This document shows positions 43,850 through 45,620 of a stretch of 45,620 nucleotides of DNA, piece by piece (positions within the stretch are counted from its first letter, which is position 1; the number at the start of each line of letters is the position of its first letter). The translations under genes were made by a program, and so were the position numbers. The notes below the pieces were generated by a model. It saw only the letters and a program-made list of their open reading frames with translations, searched no databases and had not been told where the DNA came from. The stretch is from Azolla caroliniana (Eukaryota; Plantae; Polypodiophyta), in NCBI GenBank assembly GCA_043228905.1, contig JBHGNT010000245.1:1-45620 (forward strand), read 5' to 3'.

Positions 43850-45620
43850 TGTCGAGATATTAAGCAAGTGCGTGTGGAATCGAGGCGGGACCGCGGGGGT
43901 CTCGAACCAAAGAGCAAGCGAGGGAGGAGAAAGAGAGAGAACCGGCTACGCAGGTCCGGGGATACACAGGGACTCGGCCCTTCAGCACGGAGAACGCGAG
44001 CAGAGACCGACACAGACAGATGTGAATAACTTAATATGTATATTAAGTAAATGGCTAATCACGACTACAACCCTCGACGGGGCACAGGTTGGTTACAACC
44101 GAACAGGCCGGCGAACAGATGCCGATGCCTGTTCACTTCGACGCACAAAGGGGCTGCCGGAAGCACTCGGGCGTTCCTCGAAACAGCGCGGGCCTCCTCG
44201 GAACCCTGCACAGAAAGCTATGGAGCTCAGAGAGAGAAGCGTCCAGAAACGGTCCGACAGCACTTCGTCCTCTCCGCGCGAGATGCCTGCAACAGCTCTT
44301 TCCTCCTCTTTTATAGCCCGACGAGCAGGCCGTCATGTCAGCTTTATTCCCTGTCCCTTTTGGACAGGGATCCGCTCCGTTTTTCACGCATCCGCGTAGT
44401 TACGCCGCCGACTCGTACAGTTCGCGCGCGCGACCGAAAAGACTGTTCGCGCGGTCTTTGTCTCCACTTGAGTTAGGGCCCGTTCCTGCCGATTATCCTC
44501 CCAGTTAATTTCTATGTACAACTTGGAGCGTGCGCGCGTGAAGAACCGATTCCCACGCCTTGGTGCGCCGATTCCGCCTATGGACGGTTTTCTTCACGAC
44601 ATCCGCCCCCACCTAACCGCGCATCCTCCGGTATGCGCCAAGAGAGTTGGAACGGAGAAAACCGGCCCGTCTTCATTCCTCGCCCGTCGGTTCTCCCTCG
44701 TTTTCGGATCGTTCGTCACTGCTGACCAGGAGAGCCGGGTCTGGCCCGTCGTCGTGTCGCTTCTTGAACGCTTTGATCCGCTTCCCTGCAACCGGTATCG
44801 CCATTCTCGTGCCGTCGAGTTCCGCCAGGTGATATGTCCCGTTGTCATTGGCGCTCCGTACCACGTAAGGCCCGAACCACCTTCGTGCGAACTTCCGTGT
44901 AGCTCGGTGCTGGTTGTCGAGGCTGCTGTCGTAGACGAGCACCCAGTCACCTTCTTCGATTTTCTTCGGCCGGAGCCGGTGCGTTCGGTCGAACCTGGCT
45001 TTGTTCCTTTTCCTCGCCACCCGGAGCTTCTCCGCAGCCAGTTCCACGTCCTCCGGTCTCCGCTCGAGCTGTCGTATGCGCGCGGCCAACAATTCCTCCC
45101 GGCTCATCTCGTCCCTCCAGTCGACCGTTGCCCACGAGGAGATCGTCCGTTCCATCGGCATGATCGGCTTCTGGCCGAACATGAGCTCCGTCGGCATATA
45201 CCCGGTTACCGAACTGTGCGTGGTCCGGTCTGCCCACAAGGCATAAGGTAACAGCCGCGGCCAGTTACCGACTTGGCCTCCGCATGCCCGAACCAACGCC
45301 TTGACGATCGGTCCGTGTCCGCGCTCCACCTTCCCATTCGCCTCCGGATTGTACGCAGTGGTGAGCGAGAGCTTGACTCCCAGCCGGTCGAACAGCTCCG
45401 CGGCTTCTTCGGCGTCCAACTCCCCTCGGTCAGCCACGATCTTCCCGACGCACCCGTACCGGCATATCACGTCCTCGATTAGGAACCGGCATACGGCCGC
45501 GGTTGTTTTGTTCGAAAGGGCCCGTCCTTCCACCTGGTTCGTCAGATCCTCCCGCGCTAGGACCAGGTACCGCATCTGTCCTACCCCCATTGGCATCGTC
45601 ACCAGATCTACCATCCATTT
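43850..45620 (-). mobile_element. Element A, copy 2: 3' LTR (43850-44601) and integrase end; runs off the window
   Basis: Duplicate of 9841-11611 at the same insertion site. Confidence 0.95.
44673..45620 (-). CDS. pol: Integrase C-terminal part of pol (partial, copy 2)
   Basis: Open frame, one amino-acid difference from copy 1 (GQVGNW vs GQVDNW). Confidence 0.9.
   Translation of the reverse strand, partial: KWMVDLVTMPMGVGQMRYLVLAREDLTNQVEGRALSNKTTAAVCRFLIEDVICRYGCVGKIVADRGELDAEEAAELFDRLGVKLSLTTAYNPEANGKVERGHGPIVKALVRACGGQVGNWPRLLPYALWADRTTHSSVTGYMPTELMFGQKPIMPMERTISSWATVDWRDEMSREELLAARIRQLERRPEDVELAAEKLRVARKRNKARFDRTHRLRPKKIEEGDWVLVYDSSLDNQHRATRKFARRWFGPYVVRSANDNGTYHLAELDGTRMAIPVAGKRIKAFKKRHDDGPDPALLVSSDERSENEGEPTGEE

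Larger units (their letters stand above)
34009..45620 (+). repeat. Copy 2 of the large direct repeat (runs off the window end)
   Basis: Begins ACTCTTCATCCTCGCC, as at position 1, and is near-identical through to the window end. Confidence 0.98.

Noticed and set aside
1-45620. CRISPR arrays or prokaryotic systems
   Set aside because: The DNA is eukaryotic with spliceosomal introns and snRNA genes, and I saw no repeat-spacer arrays.

Overview
Eukaryotic DNA from a land plant, probably a non-seed plant such as a fern (inferred from TE families and gene style). The window covers about 1.34 periods of a ~34.0 kb direct repeat: 1-11611 recurs at 34009-45620, with at least 6 substitutions and 1 microsatellite indel. 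One period holds (i) an intact 16-exon Tudor-SN (TSN/SND1) gene at 20443-28198, (ii) a U2 snRNA gene (+, 30180) and a U1 snRNA gene (-, 31446) facing each other, plus a 3' U1 fragment, and (iii) a roughly six-layer nest of LTR retrotransposons. From outside in, the nest is an old Ty3/gypsy pol, an LTR, a pol-less gypsy derivative, a Ty1/copia, a gag-only gypsy and a young, apparently intact Ty3/gypsy with identical LTRs, a tRNA-Trp PBS and a candidate -1 frameshift signal. The main points are the co-duplicated TSN+U1+U2 cassette, the short (angiosperm Pol III-like) 22-nt USE-TATA spacing in both snRNA genes, the GGAUUUU-UAG plus pseudoknot frameshift signal, and a likely repeat junction near 18.69 kb. 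All comparisons were made by eye and no database was searched.
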